Origin: an uncultured Bacilli bacterium
Lineage (GTDB): Bacteria > Bacillota_I > Bacilli_A > RF39 > UBA660
Assembly (NCBI GenBank): GCA_947624955.1
Contig: CANQMM010000003.1
Location: forward strand, 1 to 54,295
DNA length: 54,295 bases
Reading direction: 5' to 3'
In this document: piece after piece, positions 38,283 to 47,655 of the stretch
How positions within the stretch are numbered: the first letter of the stretch is position 1
Layout of the letters: each line of letters starts with the position of its first letter
Made by a program: the position numbers and the translations under genes
The notes under the pieces: model-generated
Told to the model about the DNA's origin: nothing
Database searches by the model: none
Seen by the model: only the letters and a program-made list of their open reading frames with translations

Positions 38283-38304
38283 GCAACTTGAGGGTTGCTT
38301 TTTT
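38281..38304 (+). terminator. Intrinsic terminator after htrA
   Basis: AAGCAAC-ttgagg-GTTGCTTTTTT. Confidence 0.8.
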
Positions 38305-38446
38305 GATGTAGATAATAACGGGAAATTAAGGCATTTTAATTCATATATTATAATGGGCGAAAAAAGTGTCATATAATATATTTTATTGTTGATTTTTGGC
38401 TAAATTTTAAGATAAAATATATTTGAAAAAGGAAGGAGAAAAAACA

Positions 38447-41400
38447 ATGAAAAAAATAGGAAAAAGAGCATTATCTTTATTGTTAGTAATGGCTTTATTA
38501 TTTAACTACTTTACACCTTTATTAGCTGTAGCAGCTGAGGATCTTAGTAACAGCACAACAAATAATGTTGCAATGGATAAGATTGTAAGTAAAGGTAATA
38601 TTGAGGTTGAACTACATTTAGTATTACCAATAAGGAATAGTGAAACAAATGATATTAATTTTGGAATAGCCGATGAAAATGGTAATAAGGCAGCTATCGA
38701 TTTAAATGAGGTTAATAAACCGGCAGATGGATATTACCAGACTAGTATAGATTTGGGTAGTCAAAAAATTACGGCGGCCGTGACCGAAAGAGATAAAGAT
38801 GGGCATTTACTTAGTGGTATTAACAAGAGTGAAAATGTTGTCTATGTAAGTGTTAATCTTTACGAACTTGCTAAAGGAACTTATACATTAGAATTAAGTG
38901 GTAAACATTTTGCAACTTATAGTGTTTCCGTTACTTTAGATGACTATTCAAAGAGAGTAATGATTAGTGATGAAGCAGGTTTATTTACTATTGGGGATGT
39001 TAACCAAGATAAGGTAGTAGATGAGAAGGACTATGCTTTAGTAAGAGATAATCTTGAGACGAATAAAGCAGAGTATGACTTAAATTTAGATGGCGTAGTC
39101 GATATTGCGGATCTAAACTATGTAACAGCAGCGATTACTTCTGCTAAAAAGACCGTAAAAATAGAAAATACTAGTGCGATTATTAATAGTGAAAATATTT
39201 CTTTTGAAGTAGGAAAAGACATACTTGCAGAAGATAGTGATAGCGTTAGTTCTTTATTTACGGATGAAGGGGTTGTTAAACTTCAACAAGTTGGCGAAGA
39301 ACCCGTTGAATTAGGAATTAATTTAAGTGGCGAAGAAGAAACCGCAACAGTAGAAATGAGCGAGGTAAGAATTACGGTGGGCGATAATGCCCCGGTGGGA
39401 ATGAAACTACGTGTCGAAACAGAATCCGGAGAAATAATCGAAAAAGAGGTTGCTAATAATACTAATGTACCGGAAGGAGTTCATCTATTTACGGACGAAG
39501 CTAAAGAAGGAACTATTAGAGTAGACTTAGGTAAACAAGTAGCGGTTAAAAAAGTAACAATTGTTGTTACAGAAACCGGCGAAAATAATTTAGCGGAGAT
39601 TGCGAAAGTAGAATTCTTAAATAATGTTAAAGTACAGACTAAAGAACCGGATAATTTTTATACTCCACAACACATTAAGGTAGATGATTCAGTTAGTGAA
39701 CAATTAACCGTTACTTTTGATAGTGTACCTAATGTTACTGGCTATGAAATTGAAATTACGGGCGGCAAGATGAAAGGAGTTGTTTTCCAAACAACTTATA
39801 CATCATTTACTATTGAAGATTTGGAAAACTATACGGAGTATGCAATTAGAGTACAATCAGTTAATCAAGAATGGCGAAGTGGCTATAGTGAAATAGTTAA
39901 AGCAACGCCACAAGCAACTAGAGTACCACCGGCTCCAGATATGGTAAATACGAAAGCAATTTATGGTGGTATTGAATTTGATTGGAAAGATATGGATGAT
40001 ACTTTAACTTATAATATATATTACCGTTTAGTAGGGGATACTAAATGGACGAAAGTTGAAAATATTCCAACTAATAAGTATACTTTAAAAGGATTAAAAG
40101 GTAATACCGAGTATGAAGCTTATATTACGGGGAATAATCCACTTGGTGAAGGTAGTGCTAGTCAGACTGTTAAAGTTAAGACTTTAGAAGAAGCAGCAGC
40201 TATTGCTCCTAAATATAAAGTAATTAATGAATTTGATAGTGCTTTAGGTAGAACTAACCATATAAATGGCGTTTATTCTTCAAGTGGTACGATGGTTGGT
40301 AGCGAATATGCGATGTATGATGATAACTTTGCGACGTATTGGGAGTTACAAGGATGGCAAAGTGGATCCCATTATTATAATTTGGGTTATCCAATATTCG
40401 AACTTGATAAATCATATAAGATGGATGAATTTGTTATAACTGTTCCGGATAGTTATCCATATAGTTTAAAAGCGGGTTCTTATAATCCGAATGACCACGA
40501 CACATTAGTATATTATTGGAATGATACGGAAACTCGTACAGCTGATAATAAGAAGGTAGCTAATGGGGTATTATCAACAAGAACCGATGAAAATGGGCGT
40601 AAATACTATGTTCTTAAATTGCAAGATCCAATTGAAGCTAATGCAGTACAATTTGGGCTTACAGTTGTTGCTAATAATAATTTAATACAAATAGATGAAG
40701 TTAAATTCTATAATTACGATTCTTTAGTAGATGATGTTGCAGCTTTATTTACCGATGATTTAAGAGTAGAGTTAGCTGAAGGTGTTACTCAAGATACTAT
40801 TGATAAATTAAGAGTTAGAGCTAATACAAAGGATCACGATGAATATTCTCCTTACCGGGATAGTGTATTAAATGATTTAGATTATGCCGAAAAAATCTTA
40901 AAGGATGAAAACTTAAATGATGTAATGATTGTTAATCCAAATATTTCTAATACTTACAATGGTCATTTAAAATTTGCGATGACAATTAACGATTATCAAC
41001 CTTTAGGAATTGTGGCAAGACCGGGTGATACCTTAAATGTCTATGTTGGAAGTACAACCGGTAATGTAAATATCGAACTTGTTTATACTCAATTCTATGC
41101 GGAAGCGGGTTCTTGGAGTAAGACTTATAGTTTACAAAAAGGTCAAAACATTATTACTATCGATGCCATCGGTAGTGCTACTAGCGAACGCGGTGGAAGT
41201 GTCTATGTTAGATATAAATCAGCTCCTAGCGCTACTAATCAAATTAAAGTAAGAGTTAGTGGCGGCGTAAAAATTCCGGTATTGGATGTTTCTACTTTAA
41301 CTAGCGAAGCGGATAAAAAGACAGCAATTAATGAATATGTTAAAGAGTTAAAAGAATATACGGATGCCTTAAGTAGTGTATATACTAATGAAGGTAAGAC

Positions 41401-43597
41401 TTTTGATAAAAAAACGAGTGTCCTTAATTCAACGGAAATCGTTACGGAATATGGCATATTCTCTGTAGCTGCTACAGCAGTTATGGAAGCTTTGGAAGGT
41501 AAATCTAGTGATGCTAGTGAACAAGCTAATGTTTTACTAGAATCAACAGAAGCCTTTGATGAGGTGATGGAATTATTCTATCGACAAAAAGGGTTACAAA
41601 AACAAGCCGAAGATCCGAAAGATGAAATGCCAAAATCAAGAATTAACATTCGTTATATGCGAATGTTCGATGGAGCATTTATGTATGCCGGGGGATATCA
41701 TATTGGTATTGAATATGGTTCTATTCCGGGTTTAGTTCAAGCTCATCGTAATACTGATAGCGAAACGGGATATTTTGGTTGGGGTATTAGCCACGAGATA
41801 GGACATCAAATTAATCAAAAAGATACTGTCTTTGCGGAAGTAACTAATAATATCTATGCTTTACTTGCACAGACAAGTAACGATAGTGATAAATCAAGAT
41901 TAGAATTAAGTAATGTATATGAAAAGATTTATGATAAAGTAACAAGTCATACTATTGGTAGAGCGCAAAATGTCTTTGTTCAACTTGGTATGTATTGGCA
42001 GTTACATTTAGCTTATGATGAAGATAAAACTTTCGATGATGAAAATTCAATATTAGCGAAGATTAATCATATTTCTAGAACATATAACAATGTTAATAAA
42101 TATGGTAGAGATGAACTAACTATTCTATTTGCTAGTATGGCAGCGGGAAAAGATTTAACAGATTTCTTTGAAATTTGGGGATTAAAAGCAAGTCAGACGC
42201 TAAAAGATGAGATTGCTAGTATAGAAATTGATGGTCATAAATTAGAAAAAGAAACTAGAGCAATATATTATCTAAACGATGAAGCAAGAAGATATATTCT
42301 TGGTGGTGGAGAAGGCATTACTAATAAGAACATTCTTAATGCTAGTATTGCTTCTACAAGTAATGAAGATAAACGTGTAGAAATTAGCTTTAGTGTAACT
42401 AGCGAAAAAGATAAGATTCTAGGTTATGAAATTCTTCGTAACGGTGTATCTATTGGTTTTGTCACTGATGGAGGTACTTTTGTAGATAATGTTGGAGCCG
42501 AAAATAATCGCGCTTATACATATACAGTAGTAGCTTATGATTACTTACTTAATAAAACGGATGTGGTAACTTTAGATGAAGTTAAGATAAGTCACGATGG
42601 TAGTGTTAAGAAAGATACATTTACGATTACTTCAAATGTCAAAGAAGCAGGTGAAGTTGTCGATAACGAAGATGAAAAACTAGATTTTGGTAAATTAAAA
42701 GTCAATAATCTAATTGATGGTAATATATTAACAGGATTTAAAGGAGTAGAAAAGATTAGTACTTTAAATCAAACAACTGATAAACCTAGTCTTACTGTTG
42801 ATGACGGCAATGCCTATATTATTATTAATTTGAATAATCCAATGAGTGTTAGTGGTATTAAGTACCGGGCTTTAGTAGAAAATGGTGTTCTTGATACTAA
42901 CACAATTAAGAAATATAAAGTTTATGTAAGTAGTGATGGCAATACTTGGACACTTGCAAGAACGGGGACATTTAATGTAACTGTGGAAAACCCTGAAGAA
43001 ATTATCTACTTTATGGGTCAAGGTACTGATAGTGAAAGTCAATTATGGACTTATAATGATATAGCTTATATTAAGATTGAATCAGATGGTAATAAAGCTG
43101 GTTTATCAGGGTCCGAAATCGATGTAATCGCTCCTCCGGGAGATAATGTTGATTTTAATGAAAATGCCATAGGTAAACTTGCAAAAGATTATTGCTACTT
43201 AACTGAAGGATGTAGTGAGGAAGACTTAATTAAAGCTGGTTCAGTTATTATTCAAGGGACTTATCGTGGTAATCCTTCATTCAATAATGTATTGATTGGT
43301 GATGCTGCTAACGAGAAAAAACCTTATAGTGGTAAAGCATTAATATTTGCAGAACTTAATAGCGATCATTCAGTTTATGATGTAGCGAGCGGTACTTGGT
43401 TATATGTAATGACTCAAGAAGAATATGAAAAGATGAGAAGTGAATCAAGTAGTATTCGTGCTTACTTATATCGAGTTAATGATGCAATTACTTTAGCGGG
43501 TCAAAGACTTACAAGTACTTCAAAAGTAATTAGCGAATTAAAACCTTATTCTGAATTATCAGATATGGAAATTATTAGTGCTAATGCTAGCAACTAG
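38447..43597 (+). CDS. Secreted M60-family metallo-glycopeptidase with X-module/dockerin, FN3 and F5/8-type (CBM32-like) domains
   Basis: Signal peptide; dockerin GDVNQDKVVD..D / DLNLDGVVDIADL (38993-39136); two FN3 domains; QPLGI M60-N; WGISHEIGH...EVTNN zinc motif (41792); start moved to ATG 38447. Confidence 0.9.
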   Translation: MKKIGKRALSLLLVMALLFNYFTPLLAVAAEDLSNSTTNNVAMDKIVSKGNIEVELHLVLPIRNSETNDINFGIADENGNKAAIDLNEVNKPADGYYQTSIDLGSQKITAAVTERDKDGHLLSGINKSENVVYVSVNLYELAKGTYTLELSGKHFATYSVSVTLDDYSKRVMISDEAGLFTIGDVNQDKVVDEKDYALVRDNLETNKAEYDLNLDGVVDIADLNYVTAAITSAKKTVKIENTSAIINSENISFEVGKDILAEDSDSVSSLFTDEGVVKLQQVGEEPVELGINLSGEEETATVEMSEVRITVGDNAPVGMKLRVETESGEIIEKEVANNTNVPEGVHLFTDEAKEGTIRVDLGKQVAVKKVTIVVTETGENNLAEIAKVEFLNNVKVQTKEPDNFYTPQHIKVDDSVSEQLTVTFDSVPNVTGYEIEITGGKMKGVVFQTTYTSFTIEDLENYTEYAIRVQSVNQEWRSGYSEIVKATPQATRVPPAPDMVNTKAIYGGIEFDWKDMDDTLTYNIYYRLVGDTKWTKVENIPTNKYTLKGLKGNTEYEAYITGNNPLGEGSASQTVKVKTLEEAAAIAPKYKVINEFDSALGRTNHINGVYSSSGTMVGSEYAMYDDNFATYWELQGWQSGSHYYNLGYPIFELDKSYKMDEFVITVPDSYPYSLKAGSYNPNDHDTLVYYWNDTETRTADNKKVANGVLSTRTDENGRKYYVLKLQDPIEANAVQFGLTVVANNNLIQIDEVKFYNYDSLVDDVAALFTDDLRVELAEGVTQDTIDKLRVRANTKDHDEYSPYRDSVLNDLDYAEKILKDENLNDVMIVNPNISNTYNGHLKFAMTINDYQPLGIVARPGDTLNVYVGSTTGNVNIELVYTQFYAEAGSWSKTYSLQKGQNIITIDAIGSATSERGGSVYVRYKSAPSATNQIKVRVSGGVKIPVLDVSTLTSEADKKTAINEYVKELKEYTDALSSVYTNEGKTFDKKTSVLNSTEIVTEYGIFSVAATAVMEALEGKSSDASEQANVLLESTEAFDEVMELFYRQKGLQKQAEDPKDEMPKSRINIRYMRMFDGAFMYAGGYHIGIEYGSIPGLVQAHRNTDSETGYFGWGISHEIGHQINQKDTVFAEVTNNIYALLAQTSNDSDKSRLELSNVYEKIYDKVTSHTIGRAQNVFVQLGMYWQLHLAYDEDKTFDDENSILAKINHISRTYNNVNKYGRDELTILFASMAAGKDLTDFFEIWGLKASQTLKDEIASIEIDGHKLEKETRAIYYLNDEARRYILGGGEGITNKNILNASIASTSNEDKRVEISFSVTSEKDKILGYEILRNGVSIGFVTDGGTFVDNVGAENNRAYTYTVVAYDYLLNKTDVVTLDEVKISHDGSVKKDTFTITSNVKEAGEVVDNEDEKLDFGKLKVNNLIDGNILTGFKGVEKISTLNQTTDKPSLTVDDGNAYIIINLNNPMSVSGIKYRALVENGVLDTNTIKKYKVYVSSDGNTWTLARTGTFNVTVENPEEIIYFMGQGTDSESQLWTYNDIAYIKIESDGNKAGLSGSEIDVIAPPGDNVDFNENAIGKLAKDYCYLTEGCSEEDLIKAGSVIIQGTYRGNPSFNNVLIGDAANEKKPYSGKALIFAELNSDHSVYDVASGTWLYVMTQEEYEKMRSESSSIRAYLYRVNDAITLAGQRLTSTSKVISELKPYSELSDMEIISANASN

Positions 43598-43612
43598 GAA
43601 GGAGAAAGGAAT

Positions 43613-44503
43613 ATGAAGAAAAAATTATTACTTGTTATTACTCTATTAACTAGCATATTCTTTTTCTCTTTTTCTGCGCAAGCGCTAACTAAAATTAATT
43701 TTCAAGAGAAAAGTAATGGACATATAGATACTACTTTGCATTTTGAAGAAGGCTTTGTTGGTGGAATTGATATTACTTTTAACATTACAGGAAATGTCAA
43801 AGTTAAGGAATTCAGTTTTTCTGATAAAATAACGAGCGGCAATTACAATAAAGAGTATGAATATGATCAAAAGAATAATAGTTTAGTAGTAAGAGTGACA
43901 ACTGGTGGTATTGGAGCTAGTCATAATTTACTTAATGATAAAAAAGAATTAGTTCTTGGAACGATTGTTTTGGAATCTTCCGAAAAAGAAGATGTTACTT
44001 ATAAACTTTCTGAAAAAGAATTTAAGATTGTTGGTAATTATTGGGAACCCCAAGTTATTGCCCAAGAAAATATTACGTTAGGGGATAATACAGAGTTTGT
44101 ATTTAAAGCCGAAGTAATTAATGAGCCGGAAGAAGATAAACCTGGTGATGAAGATAATAAAGATACCGATGGAGATAATCCTCAAGATAATACTGATAAT
44201 GAGGACGAGAATAAACCAAGCGACTCTACCGAGGTAGATCCTAGTGATTCTGACGACAAACAAGGTGATGATAAGAATGAAGATGACAAAGACAATACGG
44301 ATAAAAATGATCAAGTAGATAAGGAAGAGCAAGAAGACAAAGAAGATCAAGAAAATAATTCAAAAGAAGAAGCAGAAGATAATAAAGTAGAAGAAGAAAA
44401 TAATACGATTACTTGGATTATTTTAGGGATTGCGGGAGTTGTATTTATTGCTTGCGTTGTTTGGTTTGGGTTAGTAAATAGAAAAAAGAGACTAGGAAAT
44501 TAA
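43613..44503 (+). CDS. Cohesin-like surface anchor: signal peptide, about 140-aa beta-sandwich, acidic linker, C-terminal TM
   Basis: AQA cleavage site, alternating beta pattern (VGGIDITFNI, LVLGTIVL), D/E/N/K-rich stalk, TM and RKKR tail. The cohesin identity is inferred. Confidence 0.6.
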   Translation: MKKKLLLVITLLTSIFFFSFSAQALTKINFQEKSNGHIDTTLHFEEGFVGGIDITFNITGNVKVKEFSFSDKITSGNYNKEYEYDQKNNSLVVRVTTGGIGASHNLLNDKKELVLGTIVLESSEKEDVTYKLSEKEFKIVGNYWEPQVIAQENITLGDNTEFVFKAEVINEPEEDKPGDEDNKDTDGDNPQDNTDNEDENKPSDSTEVDPSDSDDKQGDDKNEDDKDNTDKNDQVDKEEQEDKEDQENNSKEEAEDNKVEEENNTITWIILGIAGVVFIACVVWFGLVNRKKRLGN

Positions 44504-44521
44504 TCTAGTTTATAAAACTCT

Positions 44522-44547
44522 AAAGGATGATGAGAGTCATCCTTTTA
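44522..44547 (+). terminator. Hairpin/terminator closing the M60-cohesin operon
   Basis: AAAGGATGA-tgagag-TCATCCTTTT. Confidence 0.65.
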
Positions 44548-44636
44548 TGATGGAGGGAAATAAAATATTGCGGGATATGGGAGAATAAACTATAATTAAG
44601 AAGGAATAAAATGTAGTAAAGGAGCAAAGATAAGAA

Positions 44637-46532
44637 ATGGCTAAACAAATAGATCCTCACTTAAGTAATATTGGAAGTTATTTAGAACTAGAAAGAGATG
44701 CTAAATTTATAATTCCGGAATATCAAAGAAAGTATGCTTGGGAAATAGCAAACTGTGATAAATTATGGTCTGATATTACAGATTTTATTGAAAACGATAA
44801 TAGAGATCCGTATTTTTTTGGAACGATAATAATTAACTGTACTAATGATGATAAAGAACTAAGTTTAATAGATGGACAGCAACGAACAACAACTTTTATG
44901 CTTTTATTAAAAGCTTTATTAATTAAAATTAATGATACTTTAAAGCTGATGGTTGATGATGCGGAATCAGAACAACTTAGGAGAGCTCTAAGAGAAAGAC
45001 GAAGAACTCTAATGAAGATCTTATATAAAGCGGATGCGGAAGAAATTGCTGATGAACCAAATGATGTAAGCGACGCGAAAATATATAATTCTTTTGGTAA
45101 TTTAGTTAATCAATCTAATCAAGAGATATATAAAGATGAATTAACTAATATTATGCGAGCTTTAAATTATGAGGAAGCTGAGCAATCAGCAGTTAAAATA
45201 CCATATAAGCAGAAAGATAATCGCTATACTAATTTCTTTAGAAATTTTAAACATTTCTATTTTAAAGATGAATTAAATAAAATAGATTTTTTAAATAAAT
45301 TTACAAAAACATTTTTAGATGAGTGTCAGGTAATAGAAATAAAAAGTTGGAAAGTTGAACAAGCCATAACGATGTTTAATTCTTTGAACTCTGATGGCAT
45401 GCCATTAACGGATTCAGATATTATATATTCGAAGATGTTTGCAGCTGCCAAAGAGGAAGAAAGAAAATCATTAGGAGAAAAATGGCGTTATTTAGTTGAT
45501 ATTACTAGTAAATTAGAAAGTAGCAAAATAGTTAGTATTAGTGCATTATTAAATCAAAAGATGTACTTATATCGAAGTATTAATGGGGAAACAAGAAATG
45601 CCAGTGGTAATATTGATGTTACTACTCCAGGATTAAGAAGATATTATACAGATATTAATCCGACGTTAATTAAAAAACCATTAGAGTTTTGTGATGAATT
45701 AATTATTTTAACGGAAATTTGGAATATTGTAAAAGATAATAATGCTGTAAAAGTTTTGTTAAATTTTAATGATAACTCTAAATTATTTTTGGCCAGTTTC
45801 TTTCATCGGTATGATAGTTATTTTTCATTCGATGAAATGGGGAAGGTAAAAATAGAGGAAGATAATAAAGCAACTCTAATTAGAAATATTGAAAAAGTTG
45901 CTGAAATGATGTTGAGATTGTTTACGATACTAGCTTTAGTCGATGCTGGTTACTCTAGTTCAAACTTTAAAACTTTCTTATTTTCTGAAGAAATAAAACT
46001 AGCTGATGCCAATATTTCTTTGGAAGAAATTAGAGAAGATTTTAATACACATATTAATAAACAGTGGACAAAAGAAGAGATAAGAAGTAAACTGTATGAT
46101 TATGAAAAAAATGATATGGTTTATTTGAATGAGTATTTATATGCTAAAAATAATAATAAGCCTTTGGTAATATCGGCTGACATAGATATTGAACATATTA
46201 TGCCGCAAAGTGGAAAGAATATTAGAACTATTCAAAGTGATGCTAATATAGCTGATGATGAGATGTTTGCTGAGTATATAAATAAACTAGGTAATAAAAT
46301 TTTATTGGAATATAATATTAATCGTTCTATTAGCAATGAATGGTTTAGAACGAAAGTATCAACGAAGATTTCTGATAAGACAGGGTACATAAATAGTGGA
46401 TATCCTTTAGCCCAACATTTAGTAGAATTATATAGTGGAAGTGTAAAGCCTTATTGGACTAAAGTTGATATAGAGAATGCTACTAATGAAGCTGCTGATA
46501 GAATTGTCGAGTTTATTTTTAGTAATGATTAA
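44637..46532 (+). CDS. GmrSD-like type IV restriction protein (DUF262 + DUF1524 HNH)
   Basis: IPEYQRKYAW, LIDGQQRTTT, FNSLNSDGMPL, C-terminal DIEHIMPQ...KLGNKILL...N. Confidence 0.88.
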   Translation: MAKQIDPHLSNIGSYLELERDAKFIIPEYQRKYAWEIANCDKLWSDITDFIENDNRDPYFFGTIIINCTNDDKELSLIDGQQRTTTFMLLLKALLIKINDTLKLMVDDAESEQLRRALRERRRTLMKILYKADAEEIADEPNDVSDAKIYNSFGNLVNQSNQEIYKDELTNIMRALNYEEAEQSAVKIPYKQKDNRYTNFFRNFKHFYFKDELNKIDFLNKFTKTFLDECQVIEIKSWKVEQAITMFNSLNSDGMPLTDSDIIYSKMFAAAKEEERKSLGEKWRYLVDITSKLESSKIVSISALLNQKMYLYRSINGETRNASGNIDVTTPGLRRYYTDINPTLIKKPLEFCDELIILTEIWNIVKDNNAVKVLLNFNDNSKLFLASFFHRYDSYFSFDEMGKVKIEEDNKATLIRNIEKVAEMMLRLFTILALVDAGYSSSNFKTFLFSEEIKLADANISLEEIREDFNTHINKQWTKEEIRSKLYDYEKNDMVYLNEYLYAKNNNKPLVISADIDIEHIMPQSGKNIRTIQSDANIADDEMFAEYINKLGNKILLEYNINRSISNEWFRTKVSTKISDKTGYINSGYPLAQHLVELYSGSVKPYWTKVDIENATNEAADRIVEFIFSND

Positions 46533-46543
46533 GAATGATAAAC

Positions 46544-46579
46544 AAATTTTGGTTTAATTAGTTAAGGCCAAAATTTTTT
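46544..46579 (+). terminator. Intrinsic terminator
   Basis: AAATTTTGGTTT...AGGCCAAAATTT followed by a T-run. Confidence 0.6.
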
Positions 46580-46637
46580 CTTTTGAAGAGTTAATAATGT
46601 TATAATATGTATAGAGATTGACTTAGGGGATGATTAA

Positions 46638-47090
46638 ATGGCAAAGAAGAATGATGATGTAGTAAATTCACTAGCTAAATTATTAACTATTATAATTATG
46701 GCGGGTTTATGGCTTTTTAAAGAAGTTATTGAAGGAATTATTTTAATAATAAAAGATATAGTAACTTTTCTTGGATTTATTATTAAATTACTTTTTAATA
46801 AAATAAAAGGTTTAAATAAGAAAGGAGAAAGTAAAATGGAAAAATCTAATTGGGGAGAAAGTAATGATGAAGGTATTAAAGCACCGGATGTGGTAGCGGG
46901 TTTAGTTTTAGGAGGACTAGCTAGTCATAATAAATCTGATATAGATGACGAATTAGAAGAGGAAATGGATAATTACGATTTGGAAGATTGGCAAAAAGAT
47001 TTAGTTAGAGATGGTGATTATGACTCTTGGGACTTTGAAGAAGATGGTGAACTTGAGGAAGATGATTACTATTCGGAAGATGAATTTTAG
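46638..47090 (+). CDS. Hypothetical protein: N-terminal TM and very acidic C-terminus; internal in-frame start at 46836
   Basis: Own promoter and RBS; a second strong RBS AAGGAG precedes in-frame ATG 46836. Confidence 0.7.
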   Translation: MAKKNDDVVNSLAKLLTIIIMAGLWLFKEVIEGIILIIKDIVTFLGFIIKLLFNKIKGLNKKGESKMEKSNWGESNDEGIKAPDVVAGLVLGGLASHNKSDIDDELEEEMDNYDLEDWQKDLVRDGDYDSWDFEEDGELEEDDYYSEDEF

Positions 47091-47111
47091 AATATATGAA
47101 GAGATAGGAAA

Positions 47112-47561
47112 ATGAAAAAAGGTTTTGTAATAAAAGAAGTTAGTGTTGAAGAAGCTTTAAAGGTGTTTCCAAAAATAAAGGAATGGGATAGACCGGAAGC
47201 GGGGAAAGTTTCTTATTGCTTAGAAAGAATTGGAGATAAAAGATATATTGCATTAGCAGCTTATAATGAAGAGGCAGAAAACATTGGCTATTTGATTGGC
47301 TATGAGCGAGATCAGGCATTTTATTGTTGGTTTGCCGCTGTAGAAGATGGATATCGGAGAATGGGTATACTTACGAAGATGATGGAAAAGTTTATTGATT
47401 ATGCAAGAAGTCTTGGATATGATAAGGTGACATTAAAGACGGTGAATAATAAAAGAGAAATGTTGAGTTACTTAGTCAAGAATGGTTGGAATTTTATGCA
47501 AGTATTTCCTAAAGATAAGCCAATATTAAATGAAATTTGGGTTGAGAAGAGAATTGATTAA
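47112..47561 (+). CDS. GNAT family acetyltransferase
   Basis: Motif A VEDGYRRMGILTKMM and YLVKNGW motif B region. Confidence 0.85.
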   Translation: MKKGFVIKEVSVEEALKVFPKIKEWDRPEAGKVSYCLERIGDKRYIALAAYNEEAENIGYLIGYERDQAFYCWFAAVEDGYRRMGILTKMMEKFIDYARSLGYDKVTLKTVNNKREMLSYLVKNGWNFMQVFPKDKPILNEIWVEKRID

Positions 47562-47655
47562 GATAAGTTCCTTTTTGAAATATAGTTGTTATAAATTGTG
47601 AGAATTTTAGAACTAATTATTATTATGTTGTTAATAAAGTAGTGTGGTGAAATAA

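Noticed and set aside
44120-44410. GAT/GAA/AAT-rich quasi-repeats
   Set aside because: They simply encode the acidic low-complexity stalk; no fixed-period DNA repeat.
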